NCBI GenBank assembly: GCA_030704615.1
Contig: CM060733.1
Location: 10,044,001 to 10,108,000 of the forward strand
Length of the DNA: 64,000 bases
Source of the DNA: Takakia lepidozioides
Lineage: Eukaryota > Plantae > Bryophyta
Reading direction: 5' to 3'
Shown here in pieces: positions 36,722 through 53,685 of the stretch; the stretch's first letter is position 1, and each line of letters opens with the position of its first letter. The notes below the pieces were generated by a model that was not told the origin of the DNA, made no database searches, and saw only the letters and a program-made list of their open reading frames with translations. The translations under genes and the position numbers were made by a program.

Positions 36722-39700
36722 ATGTCGAGATGCAGAGTTCAGAGAATTGTACAGCAGTGGAGTCGTCGGGAACGATTGCAGCAGAATCGCATGGGATTAC
36801 ACACAGATACTTCACTTAGTGAAAACAAAGAGGGACTAGCAGCTCTGTGGACTTGGGGGAGGGGGGAAGCTGGGCAACTTGGCCACGGCGAAGAAAACAC
36901 TGAAAGGTCACCTTCACTTGTTACTTCTCTTCTACTTCCCCGATCCGCCAAACTGGCTCCCATGCCTGGACGCTTACAATCTTTGCGTAACTCGCCTACA
37001 AATTTGTTACAGCAAGGCTTGCGGCCGGTAGCACCTGAAGGAGATCAAGATGTTGGAAGCTCGAATACGATGTTTAACGATCAATCCTCAGAGGGCATTG
37101 TAGGCGGGGAGGTTGGGAATTCACTGGGTAGTTCAACTCAAGGGTGTGTACGAAGATACAGTGTGGGTTCTATAGGGGTTTTGGAAGGGGAGAACTCTTC
37201 CAGGGAGGGAGGAGTTGGAATTGCGTGTGGGCTTTTTCATTCAGCGCTCTGGGCCGAAGGGAAGCTTTGGCTATGGGGCAAGGGCGATGGCGGTCGCTTA
37301 GGTCTTGGGTCCGAAGTTTCGAAGTACACCCCCACTTTGAACCCTTATTTGACGGGCGTCAAGAGCGCAGCTCTTGGTGGATTACATTCAGCAGCAATCA
37401 CCACGGAAGGAACATTGTACACCTGGTAAATCCTTCACCCGTTCCTCTCCCTCTGGGTTTTAGACACCTCTGGAGTGTGTGAATCTTTTTTATTGTGGAA
37501 AGCTCTGTAATTCTTTGTTTGATGTTGTCTAGAGTTCTGTTTCCCATTAAGAGGTCGCAAAGATCATGGCAATTTATTTTTCTCCTTTTGCTGCAAACAG
37601 GAGCATAAATCCGCGAGGCAGGCCCTCTCGTGATTCAATTGCATGGGGTCTCCTCCAGCAACGTGCAGGTAGTTTGTTTTTCTAGTTTGGCAATTGGGTT
37701 TTTCTTTTTTTCTAGTACCTAAGCACCAGCATTTACAGTGTTCAAACATGGTGGAAGGATCATGGAGTATTACCTGAAATCTTATGTTGCAAATTGATAT
37801 CTTCAACGTTTTAATGTTTGCAGGGGTTTTGGGGGTTTTGGTGCCCTTGGACATGGCTCATATGAGAAAGAGCTGATGCCTAAGCTGGTCGATGGAAGCT
37901 CTGTGGAGATGGGGAAGGTTGTTCACATCGCTGCTGGGGGAGCCCATACAGCTGCTGTTGATGAATCTGGTATGTATTTAACCCCCTCTCTAATGCTTAT
38001 GGTTATGTGAATGTGATCACTAACACTCTTCAGCTGTCAGTGCTGATGTGGTTGAGTCTTAGGAGGAACGCTTGTGTTAGGGTACTTTTCAAACTTCGGC
38101 TGATGGCAGGGTAGTGTTGTAGGGCTCCAAATGCTTGCAAGTGGTGGAGTTAAGCTGCCGTTGAGTTTTGTGGCAAGAGATCCAGTATCCCCCATGTGCA
38201 CAATTTCATTCTAATTTGCTAGTTCTTCGGAGGGGAGTGTTTTTCTTGTTGGCCTTGGAATGGTTCTGCCACGAGTCATGGAAGTGTGTAACTCAATTTA
38301 AATAACAGTTGGCTTGCTTGTAGCTGTCAACATTGGAGATCAAGGAGCAATGGAAGTGGGTACATGATAGTTGATGATGCCAGCAAGTACTATCTAACTA
38401 GAGCTAGCACGGTGGGCCAGGGAAAGTTTTCACTTGGGGAAGGGATGAAGGAGAAGGAAGGCTTGGCCATATTGATGGGGCTGGTTTTGATGATGGAGTA
38501 CCAGCACCTGTGAAAGTAAGGGAGTTGCCAGTGCCCATAGCAGCCATAGCTTGTGGGGGCTTCTTCACGATGGCGTTGACCCCTGAAGGCCAACTTTGGA
38601 GCTGGGGAGGTACTACCTTCATACCCTCCCTCTCCTTTGGTTTGTACCCTCTGCCTGTCTCTCGGTGTCTCAAACTCTGAGTTCACCTGTTCAATATAAA
38701 CATTTGTTCATCTGTTAGCTAGCTGTAGCCCTCTCTCCTCTCTCTCCTCTCCGCGCAGTTGCCCTATTGCCCCGCCAGTACAACAGACCATGTCTTGTCA
38801 GGCAGAGGGCTTCACTCTCATCCACCAACTAGCTGTTGAGTCAACACTCCCTCCACACTGTAACTGGAAGCCAATGCCTGTGTGCTGAATGTCATAGCCT
38901 GGTGTGTGAGGACCCCACGACTCGCTCCAGGAAATTATTATCCCATTGGAACTAAGCTCAAGAGTACAATATAGGGAAGAGTGGATGACCACAATATGAT
39001 CATAATGACTAGAAATGATGATGAGAACGATGAAAAAAGGGGTCATCCTTGGTGATCCTTGCCCATTCATGAGTTGCTTGCGAGTATAGCTCAAACACTC
39101 TCCATTTTGGCCCGTGTTTTTGTCCCTCCCTCACCTCTATCAGAAATTTCACATTTTACCCCTTGAGGTGAAATGGGCCCATAATTTCACTAATTGTCCA
39201 GCTTTGAAGTGCAGGAAGCAGTAACTATGAGCTGGGAAGAGGGGATACAAGGGGCAGCTGGAAACCAAGGCCAGTTCCAGATGTAGAGAACATGCGCCTT
39301 ATCCAGGTTTCCTGTGGGGGTTACCATGCAGCAGCGGTAACTGGTACTCCCGTTGATCTCTTTGTTGGGTTTAGATTCATTAATCTGACTCAAATTGAGA
39401 GGATGTCTGGGAATGGTATGTGCCAGTGGATCTTATTGAAGGTGAGTATCTAATGTGGAAGCTCAGTTCCAAGATTTGGCTGTGGATCTGATTGTTGGGT
39501 TTGCTAAATTTGTGGTCCAGATGTTGTGCACGGGGGAAGGTTTTGTGAACTAATGTTGTGAGTTGTATATTCCTCAATGTGTGCATGCAGATGATGGAAA
39601 AGTCCTGACTTGGGGACATGGAGGGCATGGCCAACTGGGCCACGGCAATCTGAACAATGCCAAAGTGCCAAGTTTGGTTGAGGCATTGGCTGACCTCCGC

Positions 39701-40147
39701 ATTGTATTTGTAGCGTGTGGAAGCTCCTGGACAGCTGCTGTTACTGGTATAGACACCTTGCCTCTTGCTTTACCTGGGAGTTTATGGAGGGAGGTCTACC
39801 ATGTGCTTCTTGTTTCATACATATGTGTCATACTAACACATTGAGCTCTTAAATCATGGTGCAAAATCTCTTCTCTCTCTCTCTGTTGAAGTCCACAAGC
39901 CAAACAGCATATTAATAGCTTTGATGAAGACCTACAGGTATTTTCTTTTGTTTTGGCAGAGTCAGGTGAGTTGTATTCATGGGGGAAGAATCGTGACTGC
40001 CAGCTTGGGGTCCCAGGACTGATGGACACTCAAATGCTGCCAGTCTTGGTCACCCTGCAACATGAGACTGATCAACAGCCAGACGCAGTGGCTGCTGGAG
40101 CAAATCATGGCCTATGCCTAGCTTACAGCCATAGAGGTGGGGCTTAA
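36722..40147 (+). CDS. RCC1/UVR8-like repeat protein, RUG3-like (putatively mitochondrial); exons 36722-37425, 37824-37969, 38421-38609, 39215-39343, 39591-39746, 39960-40147
   Basis: RCC1 repeats LWTWGRGEAGQLG, IACGLFHS..LWLWGKGDGGRLG, WGFGGFGALG, VFTWGRDEGEGRLG, TWGHGGHGQLG and YSWGKNRDCQLG; basic N-terminus. Confidence 0.9.
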
Positions 40148-41356
40148 CACTCAATCTCTACCCAAGGCATTTCATCAACTCACTGGGCTTGCAAACACGA
40201 TTGAGGATGTTTTATGGATCCCTTTCTTGGAGGCTCTGAAGGTGGAACATTGGTCAGTGGGAAAACCATAGGGAGAAACTAATGACAGCACGGCCGACTT
40301 TCCAAGACTTTGGAAATAATATCGCTTCAGAGTTCATTTCTAGGGACTCAGGAGTGAACCATGTCTATTCTCTGGACAGAACCAGCCGTTGTCTCCTTTC
40401 ACAAGAATCGCTGAGAATCTTGGCAGAGGTCTTTGGTTGCGTTGCTTGGAGGAGTTTCAAGACAGGTCTGGGCACTTCGTGCTGTCAGATGTGCTTGTTG
40501 AAGCAATGTTAAATGTGGGTCGGTGGACCTGTCTTTGGAAAGACTGGGTAAATAAAATATTCAAGTTACCATTGGAGAATTGCACATGTTCTCTGCAGGG
40601 AAAGGAGTCTGGACTCTGACTGGCATCTGTGTTAATGACAGCTTTATTGTCCGATTTGCTTCAGGCAGTTGGTGGGGATTTTAGGTCGCCTGAGTTGCTT
40701 TATGTCAGAGCTTTTGTTGTGTTCTTTCTTTAACTTCTCATGTTGGAGATGTTTTACTCGATGTAAGATCCCGGTATGTTCGGGTTGTTAAAAAAGCCCT
40801 TCAGGGTTTTGAGTGTAGTTTACAAATGTCAGTTTCTTGGCGGTTTATTTTGCCACAAATTCTCAGAGGGACCTATGCATCCTCGTGTTCTATATCTTAA
40901 GTGGAGTAGAGTTGCATTTCCTGTTGTGGGATTGCTTAAGATACATGGTTTCAAAATTTAGGTTCTGCTGGAAAAGTCGATCACTCAGGATTTTGGTAAA
41001 CCATATGGCACCCACAGGTTGGGCTGAGCAATTGTTTGCATAGATATATAGTCTGCATTCCAGAGAATTTCAAGGTTGTACATATCAGAGACAGGCAGAG
41101 GCGTACTAACGGAGAGTCAATCCATGAGCCTATGGTCAAAATTGTAGGCATGCAGGCCACAGATGCAGCAGAAGAGTTTACCAGAGCAGACTTCCTCAAA
41201 ACTACCATCTGATCAAATCTCCTGCTTGGCTGTACATCAACTTCTGCACGTTGCTCTACTCCGCTGCAAATTTTTCGAGGCTCCTAGGATCCAACCCTAT
41301 GTATATACATCTTAAGCATAAGTTGAGGCTTGCTCTCCTCTTGCTTGTAGAACAAG

Positions 41357-44300
41357 TCACTCGTCGAAATAATTCAGCACGCATCGAATGCATGTAGGAT
41401 CCTGCAAGAGCTGCACGGCCTCGTTGATTCGTGCAAAGGGCAATCTGTGGGTGATGTAGCGATCCAGCTTGATTTCCTAGCGCATCAGCATACCAAGGAC
41501 AATCAAGTGTTAGAAAGCTGCGTGGTTTGAAGAAAACAAAGCTCTCTCAAAAATTGGAACACAGTACTTACTGTAACAAGCTATCACTAGTAGTATGGTG
41601 CACATCTTGATGTGCATTTCCATAACTTCCCTTACTGTAGATCGGGAATCACCAGAAGCTCAGTGCAAAAATCTGTGATCAGTGTGTCAAGTGGACTATA
41701 CCCCAACCAAGTACTTGTCCACCAGCTTTGGCAGGTCACTCGGACCATGGAAACCCCCGAAGGTTCCTGATGTCCAGACGCGTCCTAGAATCAGGTCCAT
41801 TGGGTGGAATGTAACCGTATCCTCTGGTGATGATATGCCAACGATGGCCGAAGTTCCATATACCTGTCCATGCACCCAAAAGCTTGGCCCCTTCAAAACA
41901 GGCGCCCACACATGTATGCTCGTCGAGTGTGATCCTCACATCACATAACATAACAATCGCGAGGACGAAACAATTTCCATCACGAGAAATGTTCAAAACA
42001 ATTACCAGGAATGAGGTCCGACAAACGAGTCTGGACCTGGGCATCACCTTTTGGGTGCTTTGGAAAGCAGAAAGTATAAGCCCAGGGTCGCCTGTACACT
42101 CTAAGCTATAGTCCACCCCTCCGTTTGTGTTTTCCACGATCACCTGTTCCAGTCCAAGCATGTACAGAGTTAAGTCATACTCTTGGATCGATGTTTCCTT
42201 ACTTGGGAGTTCAATGCTTGCCATGTTTGGAAGGCCCCCAAAGATTCAAAACTATATTCTCAATAGCGCATTAGAACTCTGGTATATAGCTGACCTGTTC
42301 AATAGGTTGGTTGATGTCAGCTATACTTATGGTATCTGTCACCCCAAAGTCCTTGGCTGCCAGTCCCGCCCACCCCAACAAAGCACGACGACGCCGTCAG
42401 AACTAGCCACAGCTCAGATCCTAAGCTTCGCAAGCATGTCAACATTAGATCTTATTTATTAAACTACATATGTGTACACGCTGTTTACTCTGTACACACA
42501 TCAGTCACCCTTGCGCACATGTGTTCGATTCCAATGCATGTACAGAGATGCAGTAATACATCATCATGACACTTGAGCAAAGCACCCACATCGTTCAAGA
42601 TGGCCGCGTTTTCCAGAGCCTGAAACTCCAATTATTTGAGAGGCCCCCGAAAGCTTTGCCCCTTCCGCTGCCTGCAGCACATGGCACAGGCAAGTTCAGT
42701 AGCGCTTCTGATTGATCAGCAAATCTACATGGCCAGGGACTTCCACTATACAGGACTCTGCATTGATTCTGTACAAGTAGAACGAAATATTGAAGGTCTG
42801 CCTCTACTCGACCAAGCTTAAGAAGACGGAGAGAGAGTTTACAGGTTCCATTTGTCTTTGCTTTACGAAACTCCAGCATGAGCATATTGGCTAGAACCCA
42901 ATCCACAGCCAAATTGGAAGGCCTAGAGTGCTGCAAACTTGACTCAAGCAATGCTAGTAGGGGAGTTAATGCTGCCGCCTGTACAGATTTCGCATCATCC
43001 CTCCGGAAAAACTTGAGATTAGTGGGCGGTCACAGCTTGGTAAGCTATTTGATTGAATGCGACCAGAACAACTGCACAGTCGAAGAATTACTATACATGT
43101 AGCTTAATTGGTTCCAGGACCTCCCGGCCGCTGAACTCCTGCTGAACATATCTAGCTCAAGCGAGTCCTAAACCATCGGATGATACATGTATGTTTAAAG
43201 GACTCGGCCTCGGATTAAGTCGCGAAATGCAGCCATGATATTTCTATTTTAGGACTCCCTTTGAGCAGCTCAACATTCAAAAGGACATGTAGATAATCAT
43301 GGAGATCAGTGGCAATCGCCTCACTTAATAGAGCTCTGAACATTCAAAATGATCCATGCAATGTTCCTCTTTGGGCGACTGACAGAAGACTGAAAATAAC
43401 ACTTACAGCCAGTCCAATGCATCCCAAGCCAAACACTGCCACGGTGGACTGGGGCATCACTTTTGCAATCTGCCATGCCGATCCAATCCCTGCGTACGTA
43501 CACAAAAGAAGACCTTTAATAAGTTGTTATCTTGATCAAAGAAGAACACTACCTGAAGAGGACCTTCAAGATTCCAGAAGTAACAGCACGTTCGAGATAG
43601 ATATCTAGACGTAGGTACCCTTGATCGTTTGAGGATCGTTCCCATACTCTCTCGTGGGCAGTACCCATCCTCCTGACCTGCTAGTGCCAGAGAGCTATGA
43701 AAAATTGGCATGTACACACACGTACCGCCCGTGGCCTTGGAAGCACATCTGGAATCTACTCAGGTAGCGAGTGGGTGATTTTACGGCTCCTGCATTCCTA
43801 GGTAGCCCGTTTGTACGAGATATACGAGATCTCCTGAAGTCTATCATGCTGTTGTGGACTTGCCACACTGAGTGGGACTACTAAAATAGAAGGCAGCGCT
43901 CCGCTCGAGCGACGATACGTCCACTACGAAGTCTCGTGCACAAATATAGACTCGTTTGATACATGGTGAAAATCAAATGTTTGAACTCGTTTTACATACC
44001 TGTCGAAACTCCACAGCCAAAGAGGCAGATTCTGTCTAGCGGAGCCCTGGGGTTTACTTTAGCAACACAGACATCATCGACCACTGTGTACTGGCTGAAA
44101 GATGAGCAGCCAAAGAAGTGGTAAATCGGCTTCCCGTTCGCTGCACTGAAAAATCTAGTTTTCCCGTCTGAGCGCAGTACTCCTTTTTCGAAGTTGTCCA
44201 AGAAAACTTCACAGATGTTGGTTTTTCCAGATTTGCAATGGTAGCACTCTCCACATTCAGCCTGCCACGCGGGAATCACATGGTCGCCCCGCTTATAGCG

Positions 44301-45852
44301 CTTCACGTCCTTCCCAACGCTCTCGATAACCCTGTTACGTTTAAACAGATATACTGAGCCCTCATTGCAGATAAACCCGAGACATCATGGACATCTATAC
44401 AGTGTATGCAGCGAACGCCGATTATTGAATCTACTCTTACAAGGCACGCTCGAGAGAAACAACTTGGACGGAATTTACTGAATCCACATGATCTATGAGA
44501 CTTTAGTACCATTGGACCTGCATGCCAGCATGAGAAGATATCATCTGACGAGCTTAGTCCTGATGATCTGCTCCTAAGTTATTCATGAATAAAGACCTAC
44601 GCATACATGTAAGTTTTGAGTTTTGAGTTCACACCCGGCAGCCTCATGACCAAATATCCGAGGGAAGAGGCGGTCCTTGCCCTGAAAAAAAAAAATGATA
44701 AATTTAGCACCATCTAGATCCTGAAGTCCTGGTATCACGCTTCAAACGATCGTTCCTGGACGAATGATAGATCTAGATCTATGCATGAGATAGCCTGGAC
44801 GTCCTCTTGAACTTAACTAGTGGAATATTTGTGTCACCGAGCAGGGAATGTATCTGTACGGCGCTGACTACCGGCCAAGATAATCCAGATGTCCACCAAG
44901 CTTAAGTAGTTCTAGCCAATCACTACCAAACAGGAAGGCAAAGAGAAACTCTAGACAATTCATCATAGACGAATGGCTTGGCTTCTAGTACCCAGTGCTG
45001 ACCAAGGCGTTGAGGTCCCTAAGCCGTGAAGCTCCAACTTGCCCATAACTGTATGATTTATATACGACTCAAGTGGCTGTATCATGAGCGTGTCCAGTAG
45101 ATACAAGTGCTAGCTATGCTCAATCGGACATTGCTTGAGTTCACCAAGAAGACGTCGGTCGATTAGTTTCCCCGTCGACCGAAATTATTGAATCATGAAG
45201 CAAGGGAAACGAGATTCACCTGTCCATTCATATAGAAGACATCAGTGGGGCATATCGAATTGTGAGTGATCTTGATCCGCACTTCTCTGGCCAATGGCGG
45301 GTCCACATGAATGTCTTCGATCGATAGAGGTTTTCCGGGTTCATGGGCCACAGCAGCTTCGGGCCAGCACAGCACGAATCGACATTATGGTCAGATCTTC
45401 ATGATCGAGTTCATACTAAGTGCTTCAGCTAGGAGAGGTTCTATGATCTAGGTAATGCTCTGTAAGTCCTTGAATCCTTATTTAAGTTCTACACTTTGCT
45501 CACTTGAGCTTGACCAGTGGACTTTTCAAGAACCATGGTCAATACAGTAATCGTGAGAAAATTTGATTTTCTATCTAGTACAATGCGCCGCACGTGATGC
45601 TAAAAGGTAGTCTGAAATCGAACTCAAGATCAAGAGCTTCCACGATAATTTTCGGGATTTGTAGGCCACATATCTAGAGGAGAGACGAGCTGAACAAGTA
45701 CGCTTGAGCAATAACGCACAATCTTAAGTGAGCAATCCAGCTGCATGAAAATACGCTGTACCCTTTCTGCAGATAGATTGAGAGAGAGGGAGAAAGAGGG
45801 AGAGCTGTGTGTACATACCCTTGCAAGTGATTCTCTTACCCTCGGTTCCCAT
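41357..45852 (-). CDS. Zinc-dependent medium-chain alcohol dehydrogenase, GSNOR/class III-derived, copy A; exons 45852-45819, 45356-45220, 44681-44635, 44331-44000, 43489-43407, 42671-42590, 42356-42295, 42143-42048, 41863-41702, 41476-41357
   Basis: Canonical plant ADH 10-exon structure; GHEAAG, structural-Zn [21 protein letters not shown] and [12 protein letters not shown]. Confidence 0.92.
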
Positions 45853-46403
45853 GTTTGAGGTGCACAGCGAAGGCTCACAACCTGAAGGGAAAGGGAGAGG
45901 CAGGCCTACGACCCTTTACAAAATCTGTGGACAGGCTAGTAGCAGCCTGCAGAGCTATCAGAATGTAAAGCTCGATGCATGTGAAAGGTCGAGTTGGGGC
46001 ATGCAAAGCAAATAGGTGGATTCGTTGCAGTGAATGTCGCAGTGTTTTCAGCTCTGGTCTAGAACACATAACGGGCCATTTTATTGGGTGTTGTTATTTC
46101 TCAGCGATATATTTATTAAGTATCAGCTAACTCTGGTCACAAGGTGGGTTGTGAAAAGGTGACGACGCTGCACTCGCAGCGATGGATCCGCCTATTTGCT
46201 TTGCATGCGCTCCACACCTGCAGCTTTCACATGCATTACTTATGCATGCGTGTGCACCTTACTAATTAGGTGGTGCCCAGGATTAATGAGGAGCGGGCGT
46301 GCTGAGCCTCTCATAGATCCTCTACATTTAGAGTTGTAAGTAGACCCTTCTACTTTCCCTGCAACAGCCTTTCTCTTAAGCTGTGGGCCTCGCTGCATTA
46401 AAC
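45853..46403. promoter_or_regulatory. Shared bidirectional promoter formed by an inverted duplication; conserved inverted blocks include CATGCA (RY-like) motifs
   Basis: GCATGCAAAGCAAATAGGTGGAT (~45999-46021) is the inverted counterpart of ATCCGCCTATTTGCTTTGCATGC (~46186-46208). ATG-proximal sequences are also inverted homologues. Confidence 0.75.
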
Positions 46404-50033
<3,630 letters not shown>

Positions 50034-53000
50034 AGATTGCCTTCGTTACGTTCACATGATGAGAACTTAGTATCTTAGCGCTTAAGCCCCTTCGATCTGG
50101 CCTGCGTCTTGCATCGAAACTCTTGTATAAAAGATGCGATTCCGTGTCGATCTTAGTGACTCAAATCAGCAGATTCCGAAGGTGCCATGGAGTGGGACTG
50201 CTTCTAGAGCACTACAGAAGGTGATGTACAGACAGGAGATGAGTCACTTGAGAAGGCTCGAGCCTTTTGTGGAGAGTTGAGGCGCAGATGCGGGGAGAGA
50301 GGTCTTATATACATGTATAGATAAGACCTTTCCTAGTTCCACACACACTTGTAAGTTCTGGGTTTTTCGTTTATAAAGTACTGCCCTAGCTGATGGTATC
50401 TGGGCACTACTAAATTTAGTCTAGATATGCGGCGTTGAATCATGGACTTAAGAGATTTGCTGTGAAAGCCAGATGCATGAAAGATTATCAGTTTGTACTG
50501 GGAAATGGAGGAATTGCTTCTTTATGATTGATCAAAACTACACAACAGTGCTGTCCTTCGATGTAGACGAGTGATAAGAGAGAAGGTACAAAGCTGGGCA
50601 GATGTGTATAGTGTGAGTACGCCTGCATTCGATGTGAGACATTCACAAGTGGGCAGCTAGCAGGACCGTGCACATCCCGTGTACTCCTCATCTGACAAGC
50701 ATCTGACTTGCAGCGACATTGGAAGGTAGAGCTCTGTCTGGCTACGCAGACTCAGACAAGGTCACGAGTTTCCATGCAATGAAGAAAGCCGGCATGGGCG
50801 GCCTGGATACTGTCAGCGAGTCTTCCATTCCCCCCCCCTCCAATCCATACATTTTCTTTAGACTCTGGCGGACTGGCCAAAATAGTAAGCAAGCCCAATG
50901 GCGCTGTGAGCAACTGCACATCTACTTACAGTTCTAGATAATCAAAAGTTTTGACCCAGACCAAGAGAGGCATGAGGGCGGCAAGGTCCTCCCAGCGACC
51001 ACGGTCAAAACATGGAAGTCTTCAGTGCAGCGACTGTTGAACGAAAATACCACAGTGCTCCGAATCTCGGGCCACAAAGCATTTTTAGGAAATGGCAGCC
51101 CGACGATGCGGGGCACCGCGCTCATGGACCGAGCTTGTCCGGGCCCGCTGGGATCCTAGTATAGTGCTGCCACAGGCGGCAAGCATTGAATGAGCACACG
51201 CAGAAAAGCGGTGGCCCTCTGACTCCTCTGCACCAAAAGCTCTCCTCTGCATTTTGCCAAGCAATCTGGCAGCCAGCATGTTTCCGCTTTTTGCACAGGG
51301 ATAATAGTGCAGATCCAGAGCTCCCATCAGAGAATGCTGTGGCCTGCTTTGTGTATTCGAACCCAAGACTTTCTCTCTCTCTCCTGCCCACCCACACCAG
51401 GCTACTGTAGCCCTGTTTTTGGAAGCTCTCTAAGAATAGTAGATCTTCCCAGCAGACACCCGAGAGATCATCGCATGATGATGCAAAGTTGGCGGCTCGG
51501 GATACTGGCCCCTCTATTCTCACATTTTGGCACAGATTTGAGGTGGGTGGTGGTGCAATAGTTTAGTGTGTATAATCATCCATGCGAGCAGGAAGCACGT
51601 GATGCAGAGAGCAGCAGCTTCCAGAGCTTGTAGCTCGAGTAATGACGGTGGCGGGCCCGCCAGCCTTGCACTAGGACATATTTAACTATGAGTGAACTTA
51701 TCACCAACTGTTGATGAGGCCGGATCTTTTGTCTTGTCATACTGTGCGGGGGGATTTCTTTCGTCTCTCTCTTAGATTTTTCTCTCCTGTTTCCAGCTCC
51801 TGGGAATTTCCCAACTGAATCTCAGTTATGACACACAAAATCCACGAATGCGGATTCCGGAAGTGGGCCTTGTCTAGCTAGCAAGGAAAGAGCCTGGTGT
51901 AGGAGTGTCTAGGGTGAAGAGTGGGGAGCATGTTGACCATGAGCGAGAGTGAAATGCGCGGTCAAAGACCAATGTTTTCATACATGTCAGACAGAGAGAG
52001 GAAGGGGGAGGTACGGCGAGACAGAAAGAGCGCAGGAGAGAATGGAGAGGAAGTTTAACGTCCAGGGAGAGAATTGCGAGAGAGTGGCAGGAGGGACAAT
52101 TCGGCAGAGCTAGCTGCAGTATCCAGCCAAGGCATTACCGGGTTTGTGGAAGACTTTAGTGAGGTGAGAGAGATTGGACTTCGAGGGAGTGTGGAAAGCA
52201 TAGGCGGTCGTTTGTGGCTGGAATGAGGACCGGTGTAGAGAAGAAGTAGAGTCGGTTTTCGGAATGAGAGTCAGGTACACTTGATTTTGTCTGTGTGGAG
52301 AAAGAGAGTGGTCGAAGAGATGGCGGGTTAGCTTAGAACGTATGGAAGTGGACCTACGAGCTTTGAAAGGGTAATCGTTAGGGAGATAGTGAGCTCTTGA
52401 CGGTCGGAAGGCAGCTAAGCTTTCAGTGTTTGTGTTGGGAAAGTGGGATCAAAGAGAGATGTTACACTGACAGTGTTGTAAACTTGTGTGTGTACCTTAC
52501 AGGCATGGCAATGCGGTGAAGGTACTTGGAAAATAGAGGGATGCGGAATGTAAGTATCTGAAGTTCGAAACTGTCCAGGTTTGGAGGGTGAAGCATCAAT
52601 CCGTAGATGGGAAGCGGGGCCGGCCGAGTTGAGGCGTGAGTGCTGGAAGCATTTTTGTTTCATATGCACGTGGATGAGGTCCAGCGAGAGCGGAGGCAAT
52701 GTGGAGGCCTCCAAATAACTAAGCATATTTTGGAGACATAAATGTCGATGGTGAAGAATGATCTGGACTTAGTGTGAATTTTTGTGAATCTTCTTCTGAG
52801 ACACAGGACAATTTCGAAGTGCATGCTCAAAGGAGATGGAAGGGTTACGAGCCTATTTTAAGCTGAGACACAGGCCTAGACGGAAAGGAGGAGCTAGGAA
52901 GGCAGATAAATAGGTAAGCGTGCGTATGAGGGAGAGAGGTCGGAGAAGGGAGCATGGAGGGGGAAGTAGAGCAACCGTTTGAACACCAGTTTTCAGCCGA

Positions 53001-53685
53001 CATGAGTTAAGGGCGACACAAGGTTACTGAAGGGGATTAGGATATGTTCGCTTATTTTACTTATGACACTCTGCAGGTGTGGAAGTCTCAATCTTAGAGC
53101 AAATCGTGTTTATTATACATAGTGATGGAAAGGGAACCACGCCAATGTGATGGAGGCTGAGTAAACTGCACATACTTGACAAGACACCGTCACTGTCCGT
53201 GAGCAATGGTGGAAACTCTACAATACTTTCAGGAAGATGGGGATTAAACACTACGGACAGAGTGATTAGTATCTTTTTCTCATTGAAGTGCTTATTGTAT
53301 CTGAGTAGGTGGTGGAGCTGCTGCTTTTGTGTGAAGGTGTACACATTAAGGCTGATCCCTGTCAAATGATCATGTTGAGGTAATGAGGATTGGAAGTTAT
53401 TCACAAACTTCGGGTCCTCCGTGAAGTTAAAGAAGGGCACTGCGAGGGCCAGATACGACTGCTGTTAACCTGGAGGACCTATTTACCACTCGAGCTGGTA
53501 ATCAAACAGTGCACTCATAGGTACTGAAGTATTTGGCAGCCCTCTAGAATTATGAGCTTGTTGGTGCAGATATGCTTGGCTCTGCAAGCACTGGAGTTGC
53601 GACAGTTTCAGTGTGATTTCGTGACTGTCATCGTCTATCGCACCATTTCTAGGTTCTAATGTCTTGAGAAGGCAAGCAGGATACA

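Noticed and set aside
50400-53600. Numerous 60-130 aa ORFs between ADH-B and the ABCB gene
   Set aside because: No recognisable domains or consistent splice structure; likely chance ORFs in intergenic or UTR sequence.
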